DNA of 64,000 nucleotides from Marsupella aquatica. Taxonomy: Eukaryota > Plantae > Marchantiophyta. The stretch spans positions 15,224,684-15,288,683 of the forward strand of contig OZ316896.1 of the NCBI GenBank assembly GCA_973895155.1, in the 5' to 3' direction. Shown piece after piece: positions 1-13,735 of this stretch. Made by a program: the position numbers and the translations under genes. Below the pieces are notes generated by a model. It had not been told where the DNA came from, did no database searches, and worked only from the letters and a program-made list of their open reading frames with translations. Every line of letters starts with the position of its first letter. Position 1 is the first letter of the stretch.

Positions 1-1180
1 CATAACAATTCCTCCATGTTAGCCCCCCAATGGTGAGGCCATGTGACACCCCCATCATGTGTGCCAACTAGTTATAGCAACGACAATGAGGTTGTGACGC
101 ATAAATTGCCAAGGTGGAGAGATTTGAGGTACACAAGTGATGCAACATCATGAACTCCACACAAATCACTCCAAAACTCTACAGAATTATAAATATGGAG
201 CTTATGTGATGCGTCTACACAATTCACTCCTTTTAGCACTAGTTCATGGCAAGTGGTGGCACCAATGTGTGTTGCATGACTCAAATACGGGTGCAATTTG
301 AAGTCGCCAGAAGGCGAGGGCCCAAAACTACCTTATGTCAAGTGGTTTGGGCTGGTACTTACAAATGCACTTCATTGCAAGTGTTCATACCCAATTTACT
401 TCTCAACTCAAATAACGGTGGTATCTTGAGTCGCATTTCCCCTAAACACTAAAACTACCTCATTTGTAGTGGTTTGGGAACAACAATCACTCTTAGACTA
501 CCACTTCATGAGAAGTTGTTTTGAGGGATACATGATGTACCACCCCAACCTGAGTGACACTGTTAGTCGCTAGAAATGCGGGCTTTGAAGAACAGAGTTT
601 TTAGTGATTGGGGAGTGACAAACTTACAATGGATAATGAGAAGTGGATCCACGTTGCCGCAATTCTCGGAGGGCCAGGATTAAAGGAGGAGCGTTGGGCC
701 CACCGCCATAACAATTCCTCCTTGTTAGCCCCCCCCATGGTGAAGCCATGGGACACCCCCATCACGTGTGCCAACTAGTTATAGCAACTACAATGAGGTT
801 GTGACGCATAAATTGCCAAGGTGGAGAGATTTGAGGCACCCAAGTGTTGCAACATCATGAACTCCACACAAATCACTCCAAGACTCTACGGAATTACAAA
901 TATGGGGCTTATGTGATGCATCCACACAATTCACTCCTTTTAGCACTAGTTCATGGCAAGTGGTCGCACCAATGTGTGCCTCATCACTCAAATATGGGTG
1001 CAATTTGTAGTGGCAAGAAAATGAAAGCCCGAAAGGACCTTATGTTAAGTGGTTTGGGCTCGTATTTACCAATGCACTTGATTGGAAGTTCAAACACATA
1101 ACTTTCCTAAGTTAAAACATGGTGGTATTTCAAGTGACAGGTGCCCAAAACCCTCAAAGCACCTGTTGTGTAGTGGTTTG
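1..1180. repeat. Tandem repeat with ~706 bp period (about 1.6 copies visible), decaying into AT-rich related sequence up to ~2100
   Basis: cataacaattcctcc... at 1 recurs at 707 and the following ~430 bp align closely. The near-identical ORFs 72..296 and 788..1003 reflect this duplication. Confidence 0.85.
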
Positions 1181-2189
1181 GGTACAATTTGTAAATAAAA
1201 AAATTGTTTGTCGCTATAATTCCGGCGGCATGCATATTGTGACTGAAAATGTGTGTTGATAATGACACCATGGGGAGAGGTTTTGGACATCACAAAATAA
1301 TCTGTTTAATTTTTAGTCATTTATCAAAACTGTTTTGACACTCTAATGTTGGTGGCATTTGCAGTGGCAAAATGTATTTAAAGAATGACATTACTTGAAT
1401 AAGAATGGAAAATGATCTACTTTATTTCAAGTCATTTGCAAGGTCCTGCATTGACACTCTACTCTTAGTGGTATTTGGAGTCACTAAAATGTGCGAAGAG
1501 AATGACATTCTTTAGAGTGATTTTGGACTAAGGAGGATGTGGCACTTGGTTTGAAGTTGCATCAAATAATATTTATTGGACTCTAATATTAATGATATTT
1601 GTAGTCAGACAATTTGTGATAATAATGACTTTATTAAAGAAATTTTGTACATTGAGAATTAATTCACTCAATCTTAAGTTGTTTGTAAGAATTTCCTTGT
1701 CACTAAAATATTTTAAATAATTTTGCCAAAATTCATTTGTGACTCCACTATTGGTGATATTTACAGTAACAAAAGGTGTGCTCACAAATGACATTATTTC
1801 AAGTAATTAAGATCACTTGGAAAAGCTTCACTTGATTGGGAGTTGATTGAAAAAGCACCTTTACCATTCAAATATTGGTGGTACTTGTATTTGTAGTGGT
1901 TTCGGTCAGTAGTAAAATCTTAGTTGAAAATAGAGTTGTAAACATCAACGGTGGAGTGAACGGTGGATTGTAGTGATTTGTAAATTTGTGTAATATACAA
2001 CTCTAATTCAAGTGATCTAAGTTTTAGTGGCAAAAAAGAGAGTTGTAATCAGTGATTAAGGTAACATAGTTCTAAGTAGAGTAATAAAATGCAGATTATT
2101 ACAACCCATTAAAAAAACAGTGGTTGGCACCACGTATGAGTTATTTAGGCAAAGTAGTTGCAGGGCCTGTAGTAGTAAAACACAGGTTT

Positions 2190-3062
2190 TCTTCTAGTGA
2201 ACCTACACAGCACTGGAGGTTTCCTCGTCTCCCACCCACTGATCCTAGTACATGGTGCACTGGATGCGGTTTGAGCCAACACGAAGACATCGTTCATTGC
2301 ATTTGGGACTGTGCTGTGTCTCAGGGGATATGGACCTGGGTGCAAGTCATTCTTCAACAATGCGCGTTCTCTCACGGAGCAGGACCGATCCTCCTCCTAC
2401 CAGTCCACATTTTTGTTGGGGCTGAACTTCCAAAAACGTGGGACATTCCAGCAAAGCTCTGGCATCTTCTCAGGGCTATTTGCTAGAATATCTGGAAGGA
2501 CCGATGCACACACTTTATTGAGCATACACAACCAAATCCTCACAGAGTCATCAGGAAGGCCTGGCAACGCCTTGGCATTTACCTCAAACGTGACTGGGCC
2601 AGACATAGGGCCAGGATTCGGTCAGGGAAGACCACCTTCGCTGATGCACGACGGGACCTGGCCCGGGAATTTGGTGCGTGGGATGGCTTATGGCAGATTC
2701 ATGAAGACACTTCAGGTTCAACCTGTTCCTCCGCGTCCTCCATGATTCAACGGATCCTTCGGGTTTTGAAACTGCACTACTAGTAGATCGACTGATTGTT
2801 TTTCTTTCACGGACCCACTGTTCAGTACCTCGTCGGTCCCTGTTCACTGGCCGGTCTTTGGGGGTGTACTGCTCCTGTAGTAGTTTCCAAATTTCTAGTT
2901 TGGCTGCCTTTTTGAGGCGTGGCTTCTTACTCAGTTCCGGCTTCACTGACCCCGGCACCTTGACGTCTGGTCCTTCCGGGTGGTTGCCTTTTTTGGCCCC
3001 CCTTTTTGTATTCTGGCTTTTTGAATGGATTTCATTGAGTTTTTTCGAGGCAAAAGAAAAAA
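2190..3062 (+). mobile_element. 5'-truncated non-LTR retrotransposon (L1/Tx1-like): zf-RVT end of ORF2 plus 3' UTR
   Basis: Peptide WCTGCGLSQHEDIVHCIWDC...IW resembles the C-x2-C-x6-E-x3-H-x4-C zinc-binding domain found after LINE RT. It is broken by a stop and a frameshift, and is followed by a T-rich UTR ending in an A-rich tail (~3052-3062). Confidence 0.7.
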
Positions 3063-3593
3063 GGTGCAACCTTGTATTATAGTTTAGGATAAATAATACA
3101 TCCTATACTACCATGTCTCCCCTACATAGCCGACCTTAGTTGGTATGGATCATATACTTTCTCAGCACCTGTTTGACGAACTTTTGATGCCATCAGCGCG
3201 CAGACTGGTCTAGCCACAGCAACAAATCCGGAGCCCGTTTCGGACCCATCTACTACTAGCTCATCTTTAGCCAGCCTAGATTGACGTACGCTAGGAAAAC
3301 ATTTGCGGCAAGTAGTGAGCGTGAAATAATCAATGCTCTCCTAGCCTGCAAGTCAGTCAGCACTAGTACTGGCTTGCCGCTTCTAAACTGGCTCTTCGAT
3401 GACGCCCTCATTATTCCGAGATGTATTTGCCCAGGGATCGAGCACATCAGCTATATGTTGGTGGGTCCAGGATTCATTTCCTGAATTCCACTAGCTATTA
3501 GATCGACTTGTACAGTTTCCGTGGTTTAGCTCCAAGCTCGCTCCAATCTTTGGGAAAACTTCTGTCAGTTGCCTCTCGAATTATGATTGTGGA

Positions 3594-6500
3594 TCATTGA
3601 TCGATGAGGTTCACTCTAATTGGAAAACCGCCTTTTGGTGAGGTCATCAACACTGGCACATGTACATATCCTGGTCGGAAATTTACCGGCTCCCATCTGC
3701 ACGTTATGGGGAACAATCAAAAAATTTGGATACATTCGGAATGGGTCGTCGATTTGTCAGCTCATCATATTAACAATACAGGCCGGGACAAAAGATGAGA
3801 TGCTGTATTGTCAAAGCCAAGCCAGAAATGGTGCAACTCCCTTGAGTCTTACAAGCAGGTATAGGGCTACGTACTATCGACAAGCTTGCAAGCAGACGTC
3901 GCGGCCATTGAAGATAAGAAGTTGAAATCAGACAAATTCTTGATAATTAAGACCTAGTACTTAATCATGTACCTAGTTCCTTGTTAGAGTCTCTTTAGCC
4001 TGGACAGCTTAGCTAGAGGGGCCTGATTCCAGTTCAAGGTGCCTGTCATTGATTGACCTAAGTAACCATTCGATCAAGGAGCTTTAATTTCTTCTTAATT
4101 AATAGAGTACACGTGGTATATAATTCACCTTAAGTAGAACAAACTGTAAGACAATCACCTGAACTTGGTAAGCAAGTAATGCATTAGAATCTTGAAGTTG
4201 ACCTTCGCCTGCTCACGACCGGGACAGAGGTGTCTACCACCACCAAAAGGTGTGAAGCCCTTTATATTCCGGCTCTTTTCCTGAACAATGAAAATCCACT
4301 CGTACTGAATAAGTACATATATACATGCCTCTACTAAATTGATGAAGTGTACGTATTATGTTTCCGGAGGCGAGTCCTATTGAACAAGATTGAAGGTTGC
4401 GGAACTCACACTGAAGCGCGAAGGATCGAACTCCGTTGGATTTGAAAAAAGCGATGGATCTTGGTGATTAAATGCGAACAAGTTGACTATTTTCCAGCCT
4501 TTAGGAATAGTATACCCTGCAATCATGAATGCATCGAGGGACGGTACGTAAGGCTCTATCTCGCTCACTTACTTCCTTTGGCCATTATCCTATCAATTCG
4601 ATTTCGTTTTCGGATGGTTTAACGAAGTCTACGCAAAGGAAGCGGCATCCAATTTACATCATATCTGAAAGGTGCAGGAATATTCTACAAGCGACGTACA
4701 AAGCGCGAAAGGCTAGTGCCTGACTTGGGACTGGGGAATGGTATGTTAGACCCCTCGATTCCGAGTACAGTGGTTCTAGTTAAGCATACTGGAGGGATAT
4801 ATCCTGCCTGTTCCCTGAAACATTCGGGTGGAGGATGAATTAATATTCATCTTACCATCGATTTGAATCTCATGCGTTATTTGCCTGAAGGAGAAACTAA
4901 CAGGTCCAGGAATCCTCAGCGTTTCATGAAGCACCTGCGTAAAGCATATGCAGAATCCTGTCAACTTCCGATAACAGATTACTTTTGCCAACTAGTATGT
5001 TCCATCCACATGATTACAGTTCTACCTGATCTGTGTACGTCATGTCGTTCAGGTCGTCTAGTGTCAAGGGCTCTCCAGGACGCCTTCTGTTGGCTAGAGC
5101 CTCTTGTTCGGCCTGCCAGTTCGACAACATGCAAGGAGACCAGTTTAGTTTGTCCTCGACTCTGTATGTATGAATGGGATCAATTTCACACCACCAACAT
5201 CCATGATTTCAGACCATAATTATAAACACACAAAGATGTCCAATAAGCAAATACAATTTAAGTATGTTGAAATCTGGGCGGCTGGACTGAAACATCTAAC
5301 ATAGGTACATGATTCGCAATTCAGATTCATTCAATTCCTCAGATTCCTCAGATTCTGCCTTAGGCTTCGGCCATAAACTCAGCATTCCAGAGGATGCATT
5401 GGACGGAGCTTATGGAGAAACAGTTCAACAGTGGTTTCTCCTGATGCACAGGTGAGCAGGAACGATTCAAAGCCTCAAGTATGATGATCCGTGAAAAGAT
5501 AGAAATGACAGTCCTGGCTTACAGTACATACGTACCTTGACAAGCTCAAGTACTTTCGGATTTGCCCAAAGATGTTTCAAGGCCAATGAGAATGTACTAG
5601 GTGTGGTGTCAAAACCTGCAAAGCTGACTACTATCAAATTATCAACAATTGCACTTCGGGTCATGGGTTCTCCAGTAGTCCGGTGTTTGTGATCAATTAG
5701 CTGCTTGAGAAGACAATTTTGACTTTTCACTGTATCTGGCGATTTCTCCCATTTATCGATTAGATGATTGATTATCTCTGCAATTTTCTCCCTCGCCTGC
5801 TCGTCCAAAAGAATCATCACGATCGAGACTTAGTAGGCCCAGCTATGTCCAAAACACTTGACAGAGCTACTGTACGTCGACGCAAACAACAGCATCTCGC
5901 TGAAATCATTTTTAATCACATAACATATTTATCAGTCCAGAATTGCAGATGACTATCCGTCGACGCCGTGGAGAAATAACGAAGTGTCGCAGTGTCGATT
6001 GAATAATGGCAACAAACTCAACAGCATGTGTTGAGATGTACCAAATAATTCACTTGCTGAACGACCTACCTTCAATCCATTGGAGTAACCACTGCCCGGC
6101 AACGAGATCGGAATGTGGAAAAATCCATTATAATATGGTCCCGCAAAGAGCTCCACGAGCTCGCGTAAGAGATGATCGTCCTCTCCATGTTCAAATCCTA
6201 GAAGCATGCGCGCGAGCACATGACCGGCGATCTGCGGGGAGTTAAGTACAGACGTTTTGAATATGTACGTAACACCAGCTAGATATATACAAACATCTCT
6301 GACAATGCTCAACTAGTCAACAGGTGATAGGCGCATAAATGGAAGAATAACAAGGCTAGATATCTTTACATGCGGAGATGCAAGACCTGATCGAGGTACT
6401 CTAGATTGAAAGCATGGAAGAAGCACATATTCGATTATTCAGAAACTACCAGACTAAGAAGTATTGCTGCATAGTGCATAATTGTGCGATTTACGGTTTT

Positions 6501-7450
6501 CAAAAATATGGCTAGTCACCTTTCTGATATCGTTGAAGGTGTTCAAGATCTTTCCATCCCATGCGTTCAGCTGACTCACAAGCAGCCTCTCTATTTCAGG
6601 AATGCGAGGCCCGATTGATGGGAGGAAGAAAATAGTCTGGACCAATTTGTGGAGTCCCTCGTGATCCTTGTCCGCAAGAAAATGCATAGCTCTGTCGCCC
6701 AACAGCCGTTTAGAGCCCGGTGGGCCAGCTAGATGGATATGATCGTACGGCTTCGAGTACATAGCCCGAGCAAGCTCAGGACTAGTTACTATTACTGTGG
6801 GGTCTCCATAAAGATGAGTCTTGAAAATCTTTCCATACCTGCATGAAGTCGAGAGCAAAAAACTGGTAGCATTAGATTATATATATGTTCGTGAAAATTG
6901 TCTATAGAGCAGCCGAGCAATTTAGGATAGAACTCCCGGCCAGCTGCCTTCAATCAACGATATTTTAGAGTCTTGCTTGGTCGATCGATGGGGCGCGATT
7001 TTCTGATCGATCTATATGAGCTAAATTGGTCTACAAATTTGTACTCAGTTCCAGGATGAATCTCCTGTGACATCCTATGAGGGCTAAGTCTTAGATAATG
7101 ATTTTATAATCGTTTCCGACTTACAAATCTAAACAAACGTGGAACACACGACCTGCTCTCACACGATCTGCTCTCTATAGGCAGCTTGTCAATGGCGTAA
7201 TCTGTAACCACTTCGACATGAATACGTACTTGGCGACTCGAGGCACAGCAAAGTGCACTGGATCTGAGCTCAGAAGTGAAAATGTTTCTCCTACCAATGG
7301 CCATCCGTATGAACCTCCCGGCAGTTTGTTCCTGTACCGGAACATGTCCAACCAGAAGGACCATTGCAATATAACAGCAGCGGCGATCAGCAATCCCACT
7401 GCACCAATCACGGTCGTCCATGCAATGCCTCCTATGGTAGTAATATCCAT
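3594..7450 (-). CDS. Cytochrome P450, CYP85 clan, intact, 9 exons, 486 aa
   Basis: Exons 7450-7230, 6838-6520, 6231-6070, 5796-5536, 5112-5026, 4934-4856, 4516-4410, 4280-4159, 3696-3594. All introns are GT-AG and the exons sum to 1461 nt in frame. Motifs: TM anchor plus LPGGSYGWPLVGET, I-helix AGFDTT, ETLR, PSRF, heme FGGGRHLCPG. Late exon sizes 87/79/107/122 fit the CYP85-clan pattern. Confidence 0.93.
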
Positions 7451-9261
7451 CGTCCGAGCAATCGATATCCGCAAACCGCTTTGAGAAAGTTTAGCAAGCT
7501 GAATAGGTAACTGAGTGAAAGGACAACAGACGGGAGTACCCTAAACTTGTGTCGATCGGGAAGACTGTGAACTCGACAAGCCGGATCAAGCTAGCAGGCT
7601 GCTCTGTAAGTCGATGTATAAGCTTCCAACTATATATAGGATCCATGAAAGGCTTTCAGAACTAAGAAAACGAAAGTCCATCGAGAGCCACGAAAGCAAG
7701 ATGACGTTGAACGACCCGCACAAGATTTCGCGGACAGTGTGCAAAGGTATCCAGGCAGGTCAGACTGAATCAAAATTTGTAAACTGTCTGTCCTCCAAAC
7801 TTGACCGATCCCAAGTCAATCTAGAGTAGCACCTTAGCAATTGTTGGCAGTTCCAAATGCAGACGGCCACAGACCAGGACGAAGCCGTCCCCGGTCAAAA
7901 ATCAGTGGAGGTGGGAACTCACAAGATGCACTGATTAAGGAGTACTTTACAAGACGTAAGGGGCACTTGAGAGTTTTTCACCAGCAAATTAAATTGGAGG
8001 GCCATGGCACACACTAAATATCCCAGGGCTAAAAACATTTTTTGAATACTTTTATTGCCCCCAAGGTCAAGCCAAGTGCATCCATTGGTGACTGATTAAT
8101 TTACTAAACAGATTGAGTACCCACTCCACCTCAATATCACTTAATCTTTGGCTAAAGTCTTTCTAAGTAGATGTGAGAAGATCTTATGAAAGACTCATAT
8201 ATTGTGTGCTCGTTTGAATGCAAATGACATAAAATAGAAATGGACCAAGAGAAGAAGAGAACTCCAAGAGAGGTGGTCTAAAATTTAGGACAAAAGAGTA
8301 CCCCACATAAGCCAAAATTGGGCCCCACTACATTGCATGTAGGATTGGTAACAGGTTCAGTTGAAAGGGGCCCCAACCTCTTGTAAAATGAACAGCAATA
8401 GTTTCTTCCAAAATGATGACTCTGATCAGATCTTGGAGACCAAAAAAAAAGTGAAAACTGCCCCAACTACTTGTAAAGCCACCCTAACTAATTTTGGCAA
8501 AATGTGGTGTAGAACTGGGATTGTGACTATTGTTGTGTTCGCGCCTCTGGGTGGTCCCCTTTGAGGCTTTCCCTCCTAGGAATGTATCCCTTGCTCGCAA
8601 TTGATAGAACAGCAACCAAATTAATGAAGACAAATCACTGTTACACTGCCATTTTGGTCACTGTAGACCTTTCGGTGCTGAGATTTGGCGACTCGCGGAC
8701 CTCACTGCAATCCTACTATCATTTGCTTATCACAGTGACTCGAGTGACATCATTCTTAAAGTTGACATCATTCTTAAAGTTTGACGCTATCAGATCCCAC
8801 AATGGAACATGCATGGATTCCAAGTCTGTAGGAATGGTAATCTACAGGTGTGTGGGACTATAAGACTATTTGAAGAATGAGTCCAAAACTCAAGGTTCAA
8901 AGGTACAGGAACCTTGCGCGTTCCCTGCTACTTTGTTAATTGTACTGGAAAAAACAATTGTTTGAAATACGTGACTCATTTTCATGTAGGTACCACTATT
9001 CATGAGTGTAGCCAAATTAAAACATGCTTCACCAGAATTAGTCCGAGGTGGGAACACTAAATACAGTGGAAAAAGGAAAAACTGACCTAAGCCCCGACCT
9101 AAGCCATGCAGCTGGCTACATCATGTGTTGCGGCATGAAGACAACCTTCACTGCCCAGTTTAGTTACAAATGCCACCTTTTCAAATGTAGAAGAACTATT
9201 CAATTAACTCCTATAATACAACGTCCCGTCTATTTTTCGCAGTGATACATCTTTTAATTTT

Positions 9262-9470
9262 GCAGTGCCAAATGTTTTTTGGAAGGAACCCGAGGAAGGA
9301 GAAAACACAAAAAACTGGAGAAAGGAAAAAGAGATAGAGGAGAAGATGGACGGGTGAGTATAACTGAGATGTGGCAAATGTTTTTTGGAAGGAACCTAAG
9401 GAAGGAGAAAACACCAAAAACTGGAAAAAGAAAAAAGAGATAGAGGAGAAAATGGAGGGGGAGTATCAAG
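9262..9470. repeat. Tandem duplication, ~107 bp x2
   Basis: caaatgttttttggaaggaacc...gaaaacac...gagatagaggag occurs twice in tandem. Confidence 0.8.
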
Positions 9471-9834
9471 GAAGATGTGTCTTCCTCGATCCTCCCACCT
9501 GTCAAGCTACTTTGCACCAATTATACAATATCCCAAAAGTGGTCAATAGTGAGTATCCTGTTTGTGATATTTTACTCAAACTGAAGTATCACCAGACTTT
9601 ACACAAACCCCCAAAACTGATCAATATTTGTGACATTGCCACAAACAGAAGCTGGAGTCATTTTTGAGAGTCAAGTGGGCCAATCTTACACTTTTTTTTC
9701 TTGAAGGCCAAATATAGCCTCTTGTTAGCCTATGCCTGAGTGACTGCCTTTGATCTCCTTTAGGTAACACTTTAGTTTAGATAACAATTTCTTTTCTATC
9801 ATATATGACATCTTAGCGAAAAGACATCTTTTAT

Positions 9835-10160
9835 GGTCAATTGCAAGCTTGAGGGGGGCAAAAAGGATATCCAATTTTTCCACCAAAAGGATTCTAGTCC
9901 TTCCCAATTTACAAGGGGTGGACAAGGTGTTACACCAAATGGTTAGGATTAGTTTGTTGAGATTGGATGGTGAGATCTTGCCAAATCTTTGGAAGTGTGT
10001 CCAAGCTTTTAGGAAGTCCCAATCTTCTTGGAAGTGTGTCAAACCTTTATGAAAATGGTGTTCAACTAAATCTTTATGATCTTTGAGTCCTTTTTCTCGG
10101 TCTCCTTTTTGAGCTAATCCTTTTTGCGTTCTTTTGCCCCCCTCAATCTTGCAATTGACC
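9835..10160. mobile_element. MITE, 326 bp, ~30-bp TIRs, putative 4-bp TTAT target duplication
   Basis: Left end ggtcaattgcaagcttgaggggggcaaaa matches the reverse complement of the right end ttttgcccccctcaatcttgcaattgacc. ttat lies on both flanks. A second copy sits at ~31488. Confidence 0.8.
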
Positions 10161-11739
10161 TTATGTAACATTTTTTATGCTATACAATACTAAACACAAC
10201 AATCTCTTTAATTGTATACAATCATTATGACATTTTTACACAAGTATCTCTTTCACCAAACAACTTTTGTTACGTAACTTCTTTTCCTCCATAATTTACA
10301 TTGACTATATCTTTTTTGCAACAATTTCTTTTATGCAATGAAATCTTTTGCGGAACAACATTTTTACACTTGGACATCTTTGCATAACAACATTTTATGC
10401 ATTGATATCTTTCATGCCACACTATCTTTTGTGCAACGCATGAGTAGTGAACTATATATCATGAAACTTTGCGCGCATGAAACCATCTGAACTTTGCAAT
10501 GAACCCTTTATGCCCATGATAAAACAAATGAAGAACACCAAGGCCCGATAGCCAATTCAACCAAATCATAGGTCATACAAAATACAGCCTCAGAAATAGG
10601 CCTCCTTGGGCCTAACTTCTAAAGTGAAGCCTCTAGAGTGTGACCAAGATGGAGGGTGCAAGCAGTATGAGGTCAAAGGTTTTGGTGTATGATCAATGCC
10701 GCCAAGTTTGACAATGAACCAATCATGCTTGATAAAAAACTCATGCTTATATATCCGAGTTATATTCGTTTACTTTTAATGAAAAGAAGCCTCAATGAAT
10801 CACAAAGCTTGACAAACAACTCATGCATATAATACTTTACTTTTAAGAAAAAAAAACCTCAATGAATCACAATTCTTGACAAACAACATATGCTTTAATA
10901 TTATAGTAGGTTATAACTTGGGTGCTTTACCTGGTTTGTTGCTCAGTAGACTTTTGCTCTTTTGCCAGAGGGGGTTCTTAGGCTTCTGGTTCTTTGGTCT
11001 TCGTGGGTTTCTTGGACCCTTTATAGCGTCTTTTGGACCCTGTCGTTTTGGCTTCTAGGCTCTTTGGTCTTGGTGGGTTTTTTCCTAGCTTGTTTTCTCC
11101 CCTTAATTGGGTCTTTTGCCTGTGGGACCCCATGGGACCCGTCTCCCCTTTTGGAACCTTTTGTCATTTGGCAGTGTTATGTAGAAAACAAACCTACATG
11201 AAACACTACGTTTCACAAAAGAACTTGGATAGATTATATTAAGAACCTTTACTTTGATGACTTCAGGGATTTCAGACACGCCTCAATTATGCAAGTCGTA
11301 AATACTTTTGATATTTTTCTCTTTGTATTTTTGAGCGCACTGATTTTCCATACAGCCTCCCTTCTTTTGAGGAGGGGATTATGTGAAACACCATAAATGG
11401 AAGAATTCAAAGGTAAAACCCAAATATAGTGTTACTGTATAAGACAATATAGTAACTTGTATCAAAGATCACAAGATTAACTTGTATCAAAGATCACAAG
11501 ATTTACTTTTAGCTTCTTTCATATATTTGGCCAATTGTATAGCAACCACTTCTTTCCCTCTAACTTGGTTTTCTATTTCAGAGATTCACTTTTTCTTGTC
11601 TCTTACCAAAAAATCACTCTTAACTTTTTATGTATAATAATGTCCTATTACCGTCTGTTACAGGCATTATGAGAATAATGCCCTCAAAACTTGGGGCATT
11701 ATGAGAATAACACACTCAAAACTGAAGAAAAGGCGTATC

Positions 11740-12132
11740 AGAATTTATAAATTAGGGAAAAAATGTACAATGAAAGGAAAGAGAAAGAGTTCCAAAGACA
11801 ACAAACACCTAACCAGAAAAAAGAAAAGCAAGTGTAATTTATAAATCAGGGAAAAACAAACTACAATATATGAAAGGAAAGAGAAAGAGTTCTAAAGAGA
11901 ACAAACACCTAACCAGAAAAAAGAAAAGCAAGTGTAATTTATAAATCAGGGAAACACAAAGTACAATGAACGGAAAGTGAAAGAGTTCCAAAGAGAACAA
12001 ACATCTCACCAGAAAAAGAAAAGAAAGTGTAATTTATAAATCAGGGAAAAACAAAGTACAATGAAAAGGAAAGAGAAAGAGTTCCAAAGAGAACAAACAC
12101 CTAACCAGAAAAAAGAAAATGGCAAGTGTAAA
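11740..12132. repeat. A-rich minisatellite, ~97-101 bp unit x4
   Basis: aatttataaatcagggaaaaa...gaaaggaaagagaaagagttccaaagagaacaaacacctaaccagaaaaaagaaaagcaagtgt repeated four times. Confidence 0.9.
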
Positions 12133-12994
12133 ACTGAAAAAAAGGAGGAATAAAAAAGAGAAAAGTGTCAAACACTACATGAAAGCTACTAGTGTCCACA
12201 TTTGAATATAGTTTGTAATTGGAATTAAAACAATTGGGCATTATATCTCAGAATGTCTTCCAACCAGGACATGATCCTATTCAAACAGATCTTTTCAGTT
12301 CCCTGCTCAGTAGGGGTGACTTCACTTCTTTACCCGTTCTTTGGGGACTGCTAACTTTAGTTCTTTACCCCTTCTTGGTGACTGCTAACTTTAGCTCTTT
12401 ACCCCTGCTTGGGGAACTGTTAACTTAAGTTCTTTATCTCCTTTCTTGGGCTGTTGCTGGATTTTAGCTCTTAGTTAGATCTTCCTGGTTTTTTCTTGTT
12501 TTTTCTTGTTTTTTAGCTTTAATTGGGCTTCCTATCGTGTCTCCAGGTTTGGAGGTTTTTATTCTTTTGTATTATATGCAGTCAAGCAGAAGCCCAAATT
12601 TTGCTTCCCAAATTTTGCGTTTATTACGAAGCCGATTGTACTACGTGCCAAGTTTGAGTACTGTAGGTACTGTATTTCTAGAAGCCAATTAAATCAGCCT
12701 TTCCCTATCATAAAAGGTTAGCTTAGAATATATCATTTGTTCGTTGTCGCATACGTAAATGATATTTCACCGTCTCACTGGGATTCTGTGGACCAAGTCA
12801 CTCACGATTTTGTGGCCCATACATTTCTGCAGGGTGGGTGCAGTCTCCCGAATGTTCGTCTGCTTTGCCACCTCAGATCATTTCGCGTTTTTGACTCCTG
12901 TACGTTCCCTTCAATGGATTTTACATTACTAGGACGCGCTGATCTCCTCATCAAGGACGAAGAAAAGCATGTTATTCGGTACACTGTTCTATTC

Positions 12995-13735
12995 AGGATT
13001 CAAAGCTTGAAGTATGATTATCCGTAAAATGATGATTATAGTCCCGGGATACAGTACATACCTTGACAAGCTCAAGTACTTCTGGATTTCCTAAAAGATG
13101 CTTCAATGCCAATGTTAGGTGTGGTAACAAAACCTGCGACGCTAGTATCAAATTATCAAAGAATAATTGCTCTTCAGGTCATGGGTTCTCCAGTGCCCGG
13201 GTGTTTGTGCTCAATTAGCTCTTAAGAAAGCAATTCTGACACTTCACTGCATCTGGCGATTTCTCCCATAAATTGATAGATGATTGACTATCTCTGCGAT
13301 TTTCTCCTGGCCTGCTCTTCCAAAACAAACATCATGATCGAGAGTCAGTCAGCCCAGCTATGACTTGACAGAGCTACGTCCTGTACTTCGCAAACAACGG
13401 ACAGCATCCCGCTAAATTCATTTTTAAGCACGTACCTACGTATTAACATATGTATCGTTCTAGAATTGCAGATTACTATCCGTCAACGTCGTGGAGAAAC
13501 GAAGTGTCGCAGTCTCGCAGTCTCGCTTAAATAATGGCAACTACCTGTGTTGAGATGTATAAAACGATTTGCTTGCTGAACGACCTACCTCGATGCATTG
13601 GAGTAACCAGTGCCCGGCAACGTAATCGGAACGTGGAAAAACCAGTATATATGGTCCCGCAAAGAGCTCCACAAGCTCACTTAAGAGATGATCCACCTCT
13701 CCATTCAAATCCTAGAAGCATGCATGCGCGCGGAC
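12995..13735 (-). pseudogene. CYP85-clan pseudogene fragment (exons 3-4 and flanking intron only)
   Basis: High nucleotide similarity to 5465-6215 (acagtacataccttgacaagctcaagtact; ggtcccgcaaagagctccac), with indels and frameshifts. Confidence 0.85.

Noticed and set aside
11740-12132. Regularly spaced repeats resembling a CRISPR array
   Set aside because: Whole units repeat with no unique spacers, the context is eukaryotic, and no cas genes are present; it is a minisatellite.
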